Virus record (IMG/VR): IMGVR_UViG_3300032296_003714
Span: 43,330-107,329 of that record
Length of the DNA: 64,000 nucleotides
Source: a virus
Strand: one strand, 5' to 3'
Each line of letters begins with the position of its first letter. Within the stretch, counting starts at the first letter, position 1. Positions 37,972-47,695 of the stretch are shown piece after piece. Under the pieces are notes generated by a model. The model worked only from the letters and a program-made list of their open reading frames with translations, had not been told where the DNA came from and did not search any database. The translations under genes were made by a program, and so were the position numbers.

Positions 37972-38004
37972 TTTGACTGAAGTCGAACTTTCAACTATAT
38001 TTAA
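37972..38004 (+). promoter_or_regulatory. host-RNAP-type promoter of the replication operon
   Basis: TTGACT-N17-TATATT; also reads as Bacteroidota-like TTTG-N20-TATATTTA. Confidence 0.65.
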
Positions 38005-38022
38005 ACTATAAATTTTATAAAC

Positions 38023-38874
38023 ATGAACACATTAGACGCCGTATTGGCACAGTACGAAAAAAATCAAACATCGGGCGGGGCCCAAAACAGAATGTCGCAA
38101 GACGAAAGAATGAAAAAGTATTTCGCCCTTATCTTGGGTGATAAAGAAAAAACGGGACAAAGAAGAGTTAGGATTCTCCCAACTCAAGACGGCTCCTCAC
38201 CATTCAAAGAAGCTTGGTATCATGAAATCCAAGTAGGTGGTCAATGGCAAAAATTCTATGACCCAGGAAAGAATGACAACGAACGTTCACCTTTGAACGA
38301 AGTTTATGAAGAACTTATGTCCACAGGAAAAGAGTCAGACAAAGAACTTGCAAAACAGTACAAATCTCGTAAGTTTTATATCGTTAAGGTTATTGACCGT
38401 GATAACGAACAAGACGGACCAAAGTTTTGGAGATTCAAACACAACTATAAGAACGACGGTATCTTGGATAAGGTAATTCCAATTTGGAGAAACAAGGGTG
38501 ATATCACCGACCCTGAAAAAGGTAGAGACCTCATCATCGAGCTCAGCAAATCCAAAACGCCAAAGGGTAAAGAATATACAACAGTATCAACCATCATGTA
38601 TGATGACCCATCTCCTGTACATGAAGAAAAAGACCAGGCTAAAGCTTGGATTAACGACGAACTAACTTGGCTCGACGTTTATTCCAAAAAACCTGTCGAG
38701 TATCTCGAAGCAATTGCAAGAGGTGAGACCCCGAAATGGGATTCTGATAAAGGTGGATATGTTTATGGTGATAGCACCGTTTCTGAAACATCTATGGGTG
38801 GCAGCAAATCAACTAAGTCATCTTATGTTGACCCACAAGCTGAAGACGAACCAGACGGAGACTTACCATTCTAA
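38023..38874 (+). CDS. single-stranded DNA-binding protein (T4 gp32-like)
   Basis: RVRILP, FYIVKVIDR and DITDPEKGRDLII motifs; acidic tail ending DGDLPF. Confidence 0.85.
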   Translation: MNTLDAVLAQYEKNQTSGGAQNRMSQDERMKKYFALILGDKEKTGQRRVRILPTQDGSSPFKEAWYHEIQVGGQWQKFYDPGKNDNERSPLNEVYEELMSTGKESDKELAKQYKSRKFYIVKVIDRDNEQDGPKFWRFKHNYKNDGILDKVIPIWRNKGDITDPEKGRDLIIELSKSKTPKGKEYTTVSTIMYDDPSPVHEEKDQAKAWINDELTWLDVYSKKPVEYLEAIARGETPKWDSDKGGYVYGDSTVSETSMGGSKSTKSSYVDPQAEDEPDGDLPF

Positions 38875-38880
38875 CTTAAT

Positions 38881-38910
38881 GGGTGGGGGACTAACCCCAC
38901 CCTTAATTTT
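38881..38910 (+). terminator. hairpin terminator/attenuator after SSB
   Basis: GGGTGGGG-gactaa-CCCCACCC then TTAATTTT. Confidence 0.75.
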
Positions 38911-38915
38911 ATTAT

Positions 38916-39206
38916 ATGACATTTAAAGAAGAAATTGAATTACAATCAAGAGATAATAAAGTATTATCTTACGAAATATTGACTAACCTAAAAGACAAGT
39001 TCTATTGGTCCGGTAGACCTAAAGAAGTTGGTGATACCGTTTTATTCGGGATGGTTGAGTTGGAAGAACAAGGGGAAAAGTCTTTAAGATTAATAACTTT
39101 TCATGAAGAGGAGGTAGGTGTTTTGTACGAAGAAAATACCAAGTTCTATTCTAAAGAAAAACAAGATAAATTTCCACGACTTAAAAAAATAGAAAATGGC
39201 AATTAA
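38916..39206 (+). CDS. hypothetical protein
   Basis: 96-aa ORF overlapping the recA start. Confidence 0.55.
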   Translation: MTFKEEIELQSRDNKVLSYEILTNLKDKFYWSGRPKEVGDTVLFGMVELEEQGEKSLRLITFHEEEVGVLYEENTKFYSKEKQDKFPRLKKIENGN

Positions 39207-40200
39207 GAAAAACGAATTCAGTGACATTAAAAAGAAGTTCTCGACTTCCGCAAAATATAAACCGCAAAGGTTCTTTGATTTGGGTGAAGACTTCTTGGAT
39301 GCTGTTGGACTACCCGGCCCTGCGATTGGACACTTGAATATGTTCTTGGGTCACTCAGATACAGGTAAAACAACTGCGGCAATCAAAACCGCGGTAGATG
39401 CACAGAAGAAAGGTATTCTTCCTGTGTTCATTATCACTGAACAAAAATGGTCTTTTGAACATGCAAGACTCATGGGTTTTGAATGTGAAGAAACTGTTGA
39501 CCAAGATACTGGAGAATTGGATTGGGACGGATTCTTTATCTTCAATAATAATTTCAACTATATTGAACAAATCACTGATTATATCAACTCACTTATTGAT
39601 GCGCAAGAGAAGGGCGAACTTGAATATAGTTTGTGTTTCATTTGGGATTCTGTTGGTTCTGTACCTTGTAAAATGACTTATGAGGGTAAGGGTGGTAAAC
39701 AACACAATGCTTCCACACTCGCTGATAAGATTGGTATGGGAATCAACCAAAGAATTTCAGGTTCAAGAAAGGCGGATTCAAAGTTTGAGAACACTTTGAT
39801 TATCATCAATCAACCTTGGGTTGAACTTCCTGATAATCCATTCGGACAACCTAAGATTAAAGCTAAAGGTGGTGAATCAATTTGGTTGAATTCATCTTTG
39901 GTATTTTTGTTTGGTAATCAAAAAGGTGCTGGTACAAATAAAATAACTGCAACAAAAGACAAAAGAAGTGTTAAGTTTGCAACGAGAACGAAAGTATCAG
40001 TGTTGAAAAATCACATCAACGGTCTTGGATATGAGGATGGGAAGATTATTGTCACACCACATGGATTTTTGGCAGGAAAAGAAGCAGCAGAAGAAAAAGC
40101 ATCTATCGAAGCGTATAAGAAAGAATATGCTGACTATTGGAAAGAGATTATCGGAACCGATGGTGATTTTACATTGAAAGAAGAAAAAGAAGATTCGTAA
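39196..40200 (+). CDS. recA: RecA/UvsX-like recombinase
   Basis: Walker A GHSDTGKTT, Walker B-like FIWDSVG, IIINQ and KAKGG motifs. Confidence 0.88.
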   Translation: MAIKKNEFSDIKKKFSTSAKYKPQRFFDLGEDFLDAVGLPGPAIGHLNMFLGHSDTGKTTAAIKTAVDAQKKGILPVFIITEQKWSFEHARLMGFECEETVDQDTGELDWDGFFIFNNNFNYIEQITDYINSLIDAQEKGELEYSLCFIWDSVGSVPCKMTYEGKGGKQHNASTLADKIGMGINQRISGSRKADSKFENTLIIINQPWVELPDNPFGQPKIKAKGGESIWLNSSLVFLFGNQKGAGTNKITATKDKRSVKFATRTKVSVLKNHINGLGYEDGKIIVTPHGFLAGKEAAEEKASIEAYKKEYADYWKEIIGTDGDFTLKEEKEDS

Positions 40201-40217
40201 CCCTATAAAAATTAAAT

Positions 40218-41219
40218 GTGGGAAAGACTTTGTTGGTAGATGGTGATAACTTATTTAAAATAGGTTTTCACGGAGCTAAGGACCTCTTTAACGACGGTTC
40301 ACATGTTGGTGGGGTGTATCACTTCATTAACACCTTGAGACGATTCTTGGAGGAGCACAATCACGATAAGGTGGTTGTATTTTGGGATGGAGATTCTAAT
40401 TCATCCGCAAGAAAAAAATTATACCCTCAATATAAAGAGAACAGAAGGTTAGGTATGAATGAGTTTAAGTACGAATCATACTTAACCCAAAAGTCTCGTG
40501 TTAAACAATACATTGAAGAAGTATTTGTTAGACAAGTTGAAATGCACGATAACGAGGCGGACGACCTCATTGCATATTACTGTAAAATTGCTATAGACGA
40601 GAACATAATAATCTTCTCAGCAGATAAAGACCTCACACAACTAATCAATGAAAGGGTAACAATCTATTCACCCGTATCAAAAAGTTATTTCAAGAAAGGA
40701 GATAAGATAACAATCAATAAGGTTGAAATACCGCATGAGAATGTTTTGCTCTGTAAAGTTTTTACAGGAGACAAATCAGATAACATTGATGGTATTGAAG
40801 GTTTGGGAGAAAAGACTTTGGTTAAATACTTTCCTGAATTGCAGGAAAAATCATGCACTATCGAAGAAATATTGGATAATGCACGAAATATCCCGCAAAC
40901 AAAACCTATTAAAAGTTTATCTAATATTTTGACAGGTAAGACAAAAAGTGGTATACTTGGTGAAGAGTTCTATAATATGAACAAGAAAATTGTGGATTTA
41001 TCGAACCCACTAATTACCGATGAGGGTAAAGAGTTGGTGGAACAAATTCATAAAGACACAATAGACCCAACAGATAGGGGGTATAAAAATCTGATGAGAA
41101 TGATGGTACAAGACGGGATGTTCAAGTTTCTTCCAAAGAACGACGAAGCTTGGGTAGATTTCCTGAGACCATTCATGAAACTAATAAGAAAAGAAAAAAG
41201 AAACACAAATAAAAATTAA
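40218..41219 (+). CDS. 5'-3' exonuclease / flap endonuclease (T4 RNase H, Pol I N-terminal-like)
   Basis: LLVDG, YKENR, EADDLIA, SADKDL and GDKSDNIDGIEGLGEKT motifs; GTG start. Confidence 0.92.
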   Translation: MGKTLLVDGDNLFKIGFHGAKDLFNDGSHVGGVYHFINTLRRFLEEHNHDKVVVFWDGDSNSSARKKLYPQYKENRRLGMNEFKYESYLTQKSRVKQYIEEVFVRQVEMHDNEADDLIAYYCKIAIDENIIIFSADKDLTQLINERVTIYSPVSKSYFKKGDKITINKVEIPHENVLLCKVFTGDKSDNIDGIEGLGEKTLVKYFPELQEKSCTIEEILDNARNIPQTKPIKSLSNILTGKTKSGILGEEFYNMNKKIVDLSNPLITDEGKELVEQIHKDTIDPTDRGYKNLMRMMVQDGMFKFLPKNDEAWVDFLRPFMKLIRKEKRNTNKN

Positions 41220-41222
41220 ATT

Positions 41223-41675
41223 ATGAAAGAGCAAGACATTACGAAGCTAGAGTTCCTTTTGACACTTAACGACAACATCGTGGTTCAAAGATTCTTCAAT
41301 GTAAAAGGGTTCAACCCAAAGGCAAAAAACTCTGTTGACTTGTATGAGTTTATGAGAGATGTTGCTGACACATTGAAGTATGACATGAAAATGAAAACTG
41401 TTATCTACATGTTGGATAATAAGGAGTCAATTATGCACGATGCGAGTGTGATGGAAACATCCTTCACTGAAGGACCAGAAAATTTTAACATGTATATCAA
41501 ACTCGGAGAACAGACAATTTGTCATAGAATTTTCGATGGAAAAATGTTCCCGCCAAAAGTTCGTTATACCGTGGACGTAAGACCATATCTTAAAGATTTG
41601 TTAAAGGGATTGACTGACATTTTTTCAGCACAGAAATTAAATTTCAAATTTTTAGGATACGACTTCAGTAAGTAA
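41223..41675 (+). CDS. hypothetical protein in the replication operon
   Basis: 150-aa ORF with typical codon use between the exonuclease and helicase. Confidence 0.65.
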   Translation: MKEQDITKLEFLLTLNDNIVVQRFFNVKGFNPKAKNSVDLYEFMRDVADTLKYDMKMKTVIYMLDNKESIMHDASVMETSFTEGPENFNMYIKLGEQTICHRIFDGKMFPPKVRYTVDVRPYLKDLLKGLTDIFSAQKLNFKFLGYDFSK

Positions 41676-41704
41676 GTATTTAATTAATAGAGAGGTCTAA
41701 AATT

Positions 41705-43090
41705 ATGATGAAAAATTTTGAGTATTTAGGTAACACCTTTCAGCTACAGCTGATAAATCAAATAGTTCTCGACAAGACCTTTTCTGCAGCAATCTTAGAT
41801 GTTTTAGAGAGTTCATATTTTGATAATAAGTACTTCAAGACTATCATACAGATGATTAAGGAGTATCACAAAAAATATGAATCATCACCATCTTTCGATA
41901 CTCTCGAACAAATCGTAAAGGCTGAAATTTCACAAGAGCTTTTGGCTAAAATTGTTTTGGATACACTAAAACAAATCAAGGACGCTCCTCTTGAGGGTTC
42001 AGTTTTTGTACAGGAAAGAGGTCTGAAGTTTTGTAAACAACAAGAACTTCAGAAGGCAATGGAGAAGGCACAGAAAATTATCAACGAAGGAGACTTTGAA
42101 TCGTATGATAAAGTTGAAGGGTTGATTAGAGATGCCTTACAGGTTGGGCAAATTGAGACAGGAACTGAAGATGTGTTTCAGAATCTTGACACAGTTTTGG
42201 ACGAAGACTACAGACACCCAATACCGATGGGTATTCACGGAATCGATAACCTACTTAAGGGTGGGTTGGCTAAGGGTGAGATTGGTGTAATATTGGCACC
42301 AACAGGTGTGGGTAAAACTACTATCTTAACTAAGATTGCAAATACTGCTTTTAACATGGGGTATAATGTTCTTCAAATATTCTTTGAAGACAATCCAAAA
42401 ATCGTACAAAGAAAACACTTTACGATATGGACTGGAATTGAACCTGATAATTTGGCTAACCATAAAGAAGAGGTTATTACTAAAATAACCGAGATTCAAG
42501 AGACAATGAGTAATAAGTTAATTCTAAAAAAATTGGCTTCTGATACAATGACTATGAATCAGATTAAAAATCAGGTTAGAAAGATGATAGCTGATGGTAT
42601 TAAAATAGATATGATTCTATTAGATTACATTGATTGTGTTCTACCTGAACAATCATCTAAAGATGAGTGGAAAGCTGAGGGTTCAGTAATGAGAGGGTTT
42701 GAAGCAATGTGTCACGAATTGAGTATTGCGGGTTGGACAGCGACCCAAGGGAACAGAAGTTCTATTTCATCTGAAGTTGTAACCACAGACCAAATGGGTG
42801 GTTCTATCAAGAAGGCACAAGTGGGACATGTGATTATCACAGTAGCTAAAACTCTTCAACAAAAAGAGATGAACTTGGCAACAATTGCAATTACCAAATC
42901 AAGGTTGGGAAAAGATGGGGTTGTATTTGAGAATTGTAAGTTCAACAATGAACTTCTTGAAATAGATACAGAAAGTTCTGTAACATTCTTAGGTTTTGAA
43001 GAACAGAAAGAAGAAAAGAATAGAGATAGAGTAAGGGAACTCTTGGAGAAGAGAAAACAAAAAGAAGAGGCAAAAAAACAAACAAACTAA
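41705..43090 (+). CDS. dnaB: replicative DNA helicase (DnaB / T4 gp41-like)
   Basis: APTGVGKTT, LLDYID, WTATQGNR and KSRLG motifs. Confidence 0.92.
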   Translation: MMKNFEYLGNTFQLQLINQIVLDKTFSAAILDVLESSYFDNKYFKTIIQMIKEYHKKYESSPSFDTLEQIVKAEISQELLAKIVLDTLKQIKDAPLEGSVFVQERGLKFCKQQELQKAMEKAQKIINEGDFESYDKVEGLIRDALQVGQIETGTEDVFQNLDTVLDEDYRHPIPMGIHGIDNLLKGGLAKGEIGVILAPTGVGKTTILTKIANTAFNMGYNVLQIFFEDNPKIVQRKHFTIWTGIEPDNLANHKEEVITKITEIQETMSNKLILKKLASDTMTMNQIKNQVRKMIADGIKIDMILLDYIDCVLPEQSSKDEWKAEGSVMRGFEAMCHELSIAGWTATQGNRSSISSEVVTTDQMGGSIKKAQVGHVIITVAKTLQQKEMNLATIAITKSRLGKDGVVFENCKFNNELLEIDTESSVTFLGFEEQKEEKNRDRVRELLEKRKQKEEAKKQTN

Positions 43091-43138
43091 ATATCTACTT
43101 TTTGTGAAAAAAACTTATTATTTTTAATGAAAATTATG

Positions 43139-43157
43139 GGTCGCATATCATGCGACC
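43139..43157. promoter_or_regulatory. inverted repeat just upstream of the nrdJ promoter motif
   Basis: GGTCGCAT-atc-ATGCGACC followed 1 nt later by TATATTTATA. Confidence 0.55.
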
Positions 43158-43218
43158 TTATATTTATAACTAAAATCAACGATTTTTTATAAAAAAAACA
43201 AATTACAAAAATTAAAGT

Positions 43219-45075
43219 ATGGACATTTCGAACAGAATCCTCAGTGATATTACAGTATACATGAAGTATGCGAAGTTTATCCCTGAGTTGAACAGAAGAG
43301 AGACGTGGCAAGAACTAGTCACAAGAAACATGGAGATGCATATTAAGCAGTATCCAAATTTAGAAAAGGAAATCAGAGAGAACTACATGTATGTATTCAA
43401 AAAGCAAGTTCTCCCATCAATGAGGTCAATGCAGTTTGCAGGAAAACCTATTGAAATTTCTCCGAACAGAATCTATAACTGTGCTTTTGCACCAATTGAT
43501 GATTGGAGAGTATTTTCTGAAATCATGTTTTTGTTATTAGGTGGAACAGGTGTTGGCTATTCTGTACAAAAACATCACGTTGAAACATTACCTGAAATCA
43601 TGAAACCAAATAAAGAAAGAAGTAGAAGATGGTTGGTTGCTGACTCAATTGAAGGATGGGCAGACGCTGTAAAAATTTTGGTAAAATCATATTTTTATGG
43701 TGGTTCGCATATCGAGTTCGATTTCAGTGACATCAGGCCAAAAGGTGCAAGATTGGTAACTTCAGGAGGAAAGGCACCTGGACCTCAACCATTGAAAGAA
43801 TGTCTTATCAAACTTGAAGGTATTCTTGATTCCAAAGAAAATGGAGAAAAGTTAAGACCAATTGAAGTTCATGATATGGTTTGTCATATTGCGGATGCGG
43901 TATTGGCTGGCGGTATCAGAAGAGCCGCACTTATCTCATTGTTCTCAGCAACTGATGATGAAATGATTGGATGTAAGTCAGGTGCTTGGTGGGAAACAAA
44001 TCCACAAAGAGGTAGAGCAAATAACTCAGCTGTGTTGCTCCGACACAAAATCACAAAAGATTACTTCATGGACCTTTGGAAGAGAATTGAAGCAAGCGGA
44101 GCTGGTGAACCCGGTATTTACTTGACTAATGATAAAGATTGGGGAACAAACCCTTGTTGTGAAATTGCCTTGAGACCATTCCAATTCTGTAACTTAACAG
44201 AGGTGAATGTGTCAAATGTGGTATCACAAGAAGATTTTGAAGACAGAGTTAGAGCCGCGGCTTTCTGTGGTACACTTCAGGCTGGTTATACAAACTTCCA
44301 TTACCTAAGACCTATTTGGCAAAGAACAACTGAGAAAGACGCTTTGATTGGTGTATCCATGACAGGTATTGGTTCAGGTGCGGTATTGAAATTGGATATG
44401 AAATCCGCCGCAAAAATTGTTAAAGAAGAGAACAAAAGAGTTGCTGAATTACTTGGCATAAATCCTGCGGCGAGAAGTACAACTGTTAAACCAGCAGGTA
44501 CAACTTCATTGACTCTCGGTACATCATCAGGAATCCATGCTTGGCACAATGATTATTATGTCAGAAGAGTTAGAGTTGGAAAGAATGAAGCAATTTACAC
44601 TTACTTAAAAGAAAATCATCCTGAGTTGGTTGAAGATGAATACTTCAGACCACACGATACTGCGGTAATTGGTATTCCACAAAAAGCACCAGAAGGTTCT
44701 ATTTTGAGAAATGAATCACCAATTCAACTACTCGAAAGAGTTAAGAAAGTTCATGTCGATTGGATTAAACCAGGTCACAGAAGTGGTAGTAACTCTCACA
44801 ACGTATCTGCAACAGTTTCTATTCGTGAACACGAATGGCCTGCGGTAGGTGAGTGGATGTGGGAAAATAGAGACCACTATAACGGACTTTCAGTTCTACC
44901 ATATGACGGAGGTACTTACATTCAAGCACCGTTCGAAGATTGTACAAAAGAAAGATATGAAGAATTGATGCAGACATTGCATGAAGTTGACCTATCTAAA
45001 ATTGTAGAGTTGGAAGACGAAACAGATTTGAGTGGTGAGTTGGCTTGTGCTGGTGGAGCTTGTGTATTAGTATAA
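43219..45075 (+). CDS. nrdJ: class II (adenosylcobalamin-dependent) ribonucleotide reductase, monomeric RTPR type
   Basis: YNCAF, GGIRRAALI, TNPCCEI, TTVKPAGT and C-terminal CAGGAC; no nrdB neighbour. Confidence 0.92.
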   Translation: MDISNRILSDITVYMKYAKFIPELNRRETWQELVTRNMEMHIKQYPNLEKEIRENYMYVFKKQVLPSMRSMQFAGKPIEISPNRIYNCAFAPIDDWRVFSEIMFLLLGGTGVGYSVQKHHVETLPEIMKPNKERSRRWLVADSIEGWADAVKILVKSYFYGGSHIEFDFSDIRPKGARLVTSGGKAPGPQPLKECLIKLEGILDSKENGEKLRPIEVHDMVCHIADAVLAGGIRRAALISLFSATDDEMIGCKSGAWWETNPQRGRANNSAVLLRHKITKDYFMDLWKRIEASGAGEPGIYLTNDKDWGTNPCCEIALRPFQFCNLTEVNVSNVVSQEDFEDRVRAAAFCGTLQAGYTNFHYLRPIWQRTTEKDALIGVSMTGIGSGAVLKLDMKSAAKIVKEENKRVAELLGINPAARSTTVKPAGTTSLTLGTSSGIHAWHNDYYVRRVRVGKNEAIYTYLKENHPELVEDEYFRPHDTAVIGIPQKAPEGSILRNESPIQLLERVKKVHVDWIKPGHRSGSNSHNVSATVSIREHEWPAVGEWMWENRDHYNGLSVLPYDGGTYIQAPFEDCTKERYEELMQTLHEVDLSKIVELEDETDLSGELACAGGACVLV

Positions 45076-45080
45076 AACCT

Positions 45081-45278
45081 ATGGAAAATACAAACAATAA
45101 GAGGGAGAATCAAAATGAGATTCTCCCTTCTGATTATTATATAGATAATGGTAGAGTCGTCTTCACAGAAAGTTATCATGTGAGGAGAGGACATTGCTGT
45201 GGTTCTTATAATGGATGTAGACATTGTCCTTATGAACCGAAAGGAATAAAAGGTAATACTACTTTAGTTGAAAAATAG
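45081..45278 (+). CDS. small Cys-rich protein (DUF5522-like)
   Basis: YYIDNGRVVFTESYHVRRGHCCGSYNGCRHCPY; likely start ATG 45081. Confidence 0.7.
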   Translation: MENTNNKRENQNEILPSDYYIDNGRVVFTESYHVRRGHCCGSYNGCRHCPYEPKGIKGNTTLVEK

Positions 45279-45298
45279 TCTGTGTATATTTATTTAAT

Positions 45299-45769
45299 AT
45301 GGCAGATGGTACTACATATGGTTTATTTTTTCCATTTCAAGACTCAAGAAGAGGAGATTACCTAGCGCTTACAGAATTTGAACAAGAAGAAGTAAGGTCA
45401 GATTTAATTCATTTGTTATTAACAAGAAAAGGAACAAGGTATTTTTTACCTGACTTTGGAACAAAACTTTACGATTACATATTTGAACCGTTTGACGGAT
45501 TGACATTCAATGCAATCGAATCTGATATCAGAGATTCTATTTCAAGGTATATGCCTAATTTAATAGTAAACAATATATCTATTGAACCAATAACACCTGA
45601 AGAAGAATTTGATGGTACTGTTACAGGTACAATTGGAAGTGTCAGAGTTTACGACATCTATAGAGTACCAGGAAAAAACACATACGAATATACTGCAAAA
45701 GTAAGAATTGATTATTCAATCAATGATTTGACTTTTTCGCAAAGTGATTTCGTTATTATAAATATTTAA
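45299..45769 (+). CDS. baseplate wedge protein (T4 gp25-like)
   Basis: LIHLLLTRKGTRYFLPDFGTKL..YIFEP. Confidence 0.9.
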   Translation: MADGTTYGLFFPFQDSRRGDYLALTEFEQEEVRSDLIHLLLTRKGTRYFLPDFGTKLYDYIFEPFDGLTFNAIESDIRDSISRYMPNLIVNNISIEPITPEEEFDGTVTGTIGSVRVYDIYRVPGKNTYEYTAKVRIDYSINDLTFSQSDFVIINI

Positions 45770-45775
45770 TACAAT

Positions 45776-47614
45776 ATGGCTAACAATAAAATATCATATA
45801 CAGTTAGGGATTACCAAGGAATTAGAGCGGAACTACTTAACTATGTCAAAACTTATTATCCCGAATTAATTCAAGACTTCAACGACGCTTCTGTTTTTTC
45901 TGTGTTTTTGGATTTAAATGCTGCTGTTGCCGATAACCTACATTACCATATTGATAGAAGTATTCAAGAAACAGTATTACAATATGCACAACAAAGGTCA
46001 TCAATATATAATATAGCTAGAACTTATGGATTAAAAATCCCTGGTCAAAGACCTTCAGTATCTTTGGTAGATTTTTCTATAACAGTTCCTGCATTTGGTG
46101 ACAAAGAAGATGAAAGATATTTGGGCACATTAATTAGAGGTTCACAAGTAAGCGGTGCGGGTATTGTTTTTGAAAACATATATGATATTGATTTTACTTC
46201 ACCATACAATGCTCAAGGGTTTCCAAATAGACTTAAGATACCAAATTTTAATACAAATGGGGTCTTACTAAATTATACAATAACTAAAAGAGAACTTGTT
46301 GTTAATGGTATAACAAAAGTATTCAAAAGAGTTATTTCACCAAATGATGTTAGACCATTTTTTGAATTGTTCTTACCTGAAAAAAATGTTTTAGGCATAA
46401 CAAGTGTATTGTTAAAGAATGGTACAGATTATACAAATATACCACCGGCATCTGAATTTGTTGGTTTAGCTAACAGGTGGTATGAAGTTGACGCGCTTGC
46501 CGAAGATAGGGTTTTTATTGAAGACCCAACAAAAGTTGCAGACCAACCAGGAATTAAGGTTGGTAGATATATTCAAACTAGTGACAGATTCATTTCTGAA
46601 TATACTCCTGAAGGTTTTAAAAAAATGACTTTTGGTGGAGGAACAACATCTGCTCAAGACCAGCTTAATTTATTTACTAACTTAGGAGGTCCTTTGAATA
46701 TACAAAATTATTTAAATAATTTTTCATTAGGTTCTGCTTTAGTTCCAAACTCTACATTGTTTGTTCAGTATAGAGTTGGAGGTGGATTAGCAACTAATTT
46801 AGGTACTAATGTAATTAATCAAGTCGGTACTGTTTCATTTTTTGTTAATGGTCCTTCAGAAGTTACAAATCAATCAGTTATAAATTCATTAAGATGTAAT
46901 AACGTAACTGCAGCAATAGGTGGTGCAAACCAACCAAATATAGAGGAGGTTAGAAACTTTGTTTCTTTTAATTTCTCAGCACAAAAAAGAGCTGTTACTG
47001 TTAATGATTATGAGGCGATTATTAGAAATATGCCTTCACAATTTGGAGCACCTGCTAAAGTTGCAATCACAGAAAACGATAATAAGGTTAAAGTACAAAT
47101 ATTATCATATGATACCCAAGGTAAATTAACAAGTGTTGTTTCCAATACTTTAAAACAAAACCTTGCAACATATCTTTCAAACTATAGAATGTTAAATGAT
47201 TATATCTCAATATTAACTGCTGAGGTTATTGATTTAAGTGTTGAAGTTTCTATTGTACTTACTTCAGCACAAAATTCAGGTCAGATTATTACAGATGTTG
47301 TAAGTAGAATCTCAAATTATTTTAATCCGCAATTTAGAGAACTAGGACAAAATGTTAATATCTCCGAGTTGAGAAGTATTATACAAAATCAGACAGGTGT
47401 TTTGAATGTCACATCTATAGATATTTTCAATTTGGTCGGAGGGCAATACTCATCAGCACAAACATCTATGTTATATGCCGACGAAGAAACAAGAAAAATA
47501 CAACCTGTAGATGATACTTTATTTGCAGAACCAAATCAAATTTACCAAGTAAGATTTCCAACAAAAGACATTAAAGTTAGTGTAAAGAACTATCAAACAA
47601 CTACATTATCTTAA
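45776..47614 (+). CDS. baseplate wedge protein (T4 gp6 / baseplate J-like)
   Basis: RDYQGIRAEL, AQQRSSIYNIA, YRVGGG and AQKRAVTVNDY motifs. Confidence 0.9.
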   Translation: MANNKISYTVRDYQGIRAELLNYVKTYYPELIQDFNDASVFSVFLDLNAAVADNLHYHIDRSIQETVLQYAQQRSSIYNIARTYGLKIPGQRPSVSLVDFSITVPAFGDKEDERYLGTLIRGSQVSGAGIVFENIYDIDFTSPYNAQGFPNRLKIPNFNTNGVLLNYTITKRELVVNGITKVFKRVISPNDVRPFFELFLPEKNVLGITSVLLKNGTDYTNIPPASEFVGLANRWYEVDALAEDRVFIEDPTKVADQPGIKVGRYIQTSDRFISEYTPEGFKKMTFGGGTTSAQDQLNLFTNLGGPLNIQNYLNNFSLGSALVPNSTLFVQYRVGGGLATNLGTNVINQVGTVSFFVNGPSEVTNQSVINSLRCNNVTAAIGGANQPNIEEVRNFVSFNFSAQKRAVTVNDYEAIIRNMPSQFGAPAKVAITENDNKVKVQILSYDTQGKLTSVVSNTLKQNLATYLSNYRMLNDYISILTAEVIDLSVEVSIVLTSAQNSGQIITDVVSRISNYFNPQFRELGQNVNISELRSIIQNQTGVLNVTSIDIFNLVGGQYSSAQTSMLYADEETRKIQPVDDTLFAEPNQIYQVRFPTKDIKVSVKNYQTTTLS

Positions 47615-47645
47615 TTCGTTTATTTATTTCATTAAAGTCTTAACT

Positions 47646-47673
47646 TTTAGGGTGGGTAAAAATTTACCCTAAA
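47646..47673. promoter_or_regulatory. inverted repeat upstream of TATTTAT
   Basis: TTTAGGGT...ACCCTAAA with an alternative inner GGGTAAA-aa-TTTACCC. Confidence 0.45.
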
Positions 47674-47695
47674 CTATTTATAGATTAAAGATTAC

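Noticed and set aside
43139-43168. NrdR box or cobalamin riboswitch upstream of nrdJ
   Set aside because: The palindrome does not match the NrdR consensus, and the leader is too short and AT-rich for a B12 riboswitch
8186-45075. Inteins or introns in polB, SNF2, recA, dnaB or nrdJ
   Set aside because: ORFs are continuous and of normal length; no splice-junction or LAGLIDADG motifs noticed
16901-47614. Interpretation as a bacterial eCIS/tailocin or an integrated prophage
   Set aside because: Neck genes, PolB, DnaB, SSB and RNR are interleaved with the tail genes; no host housekeeping genes or integrase are seen
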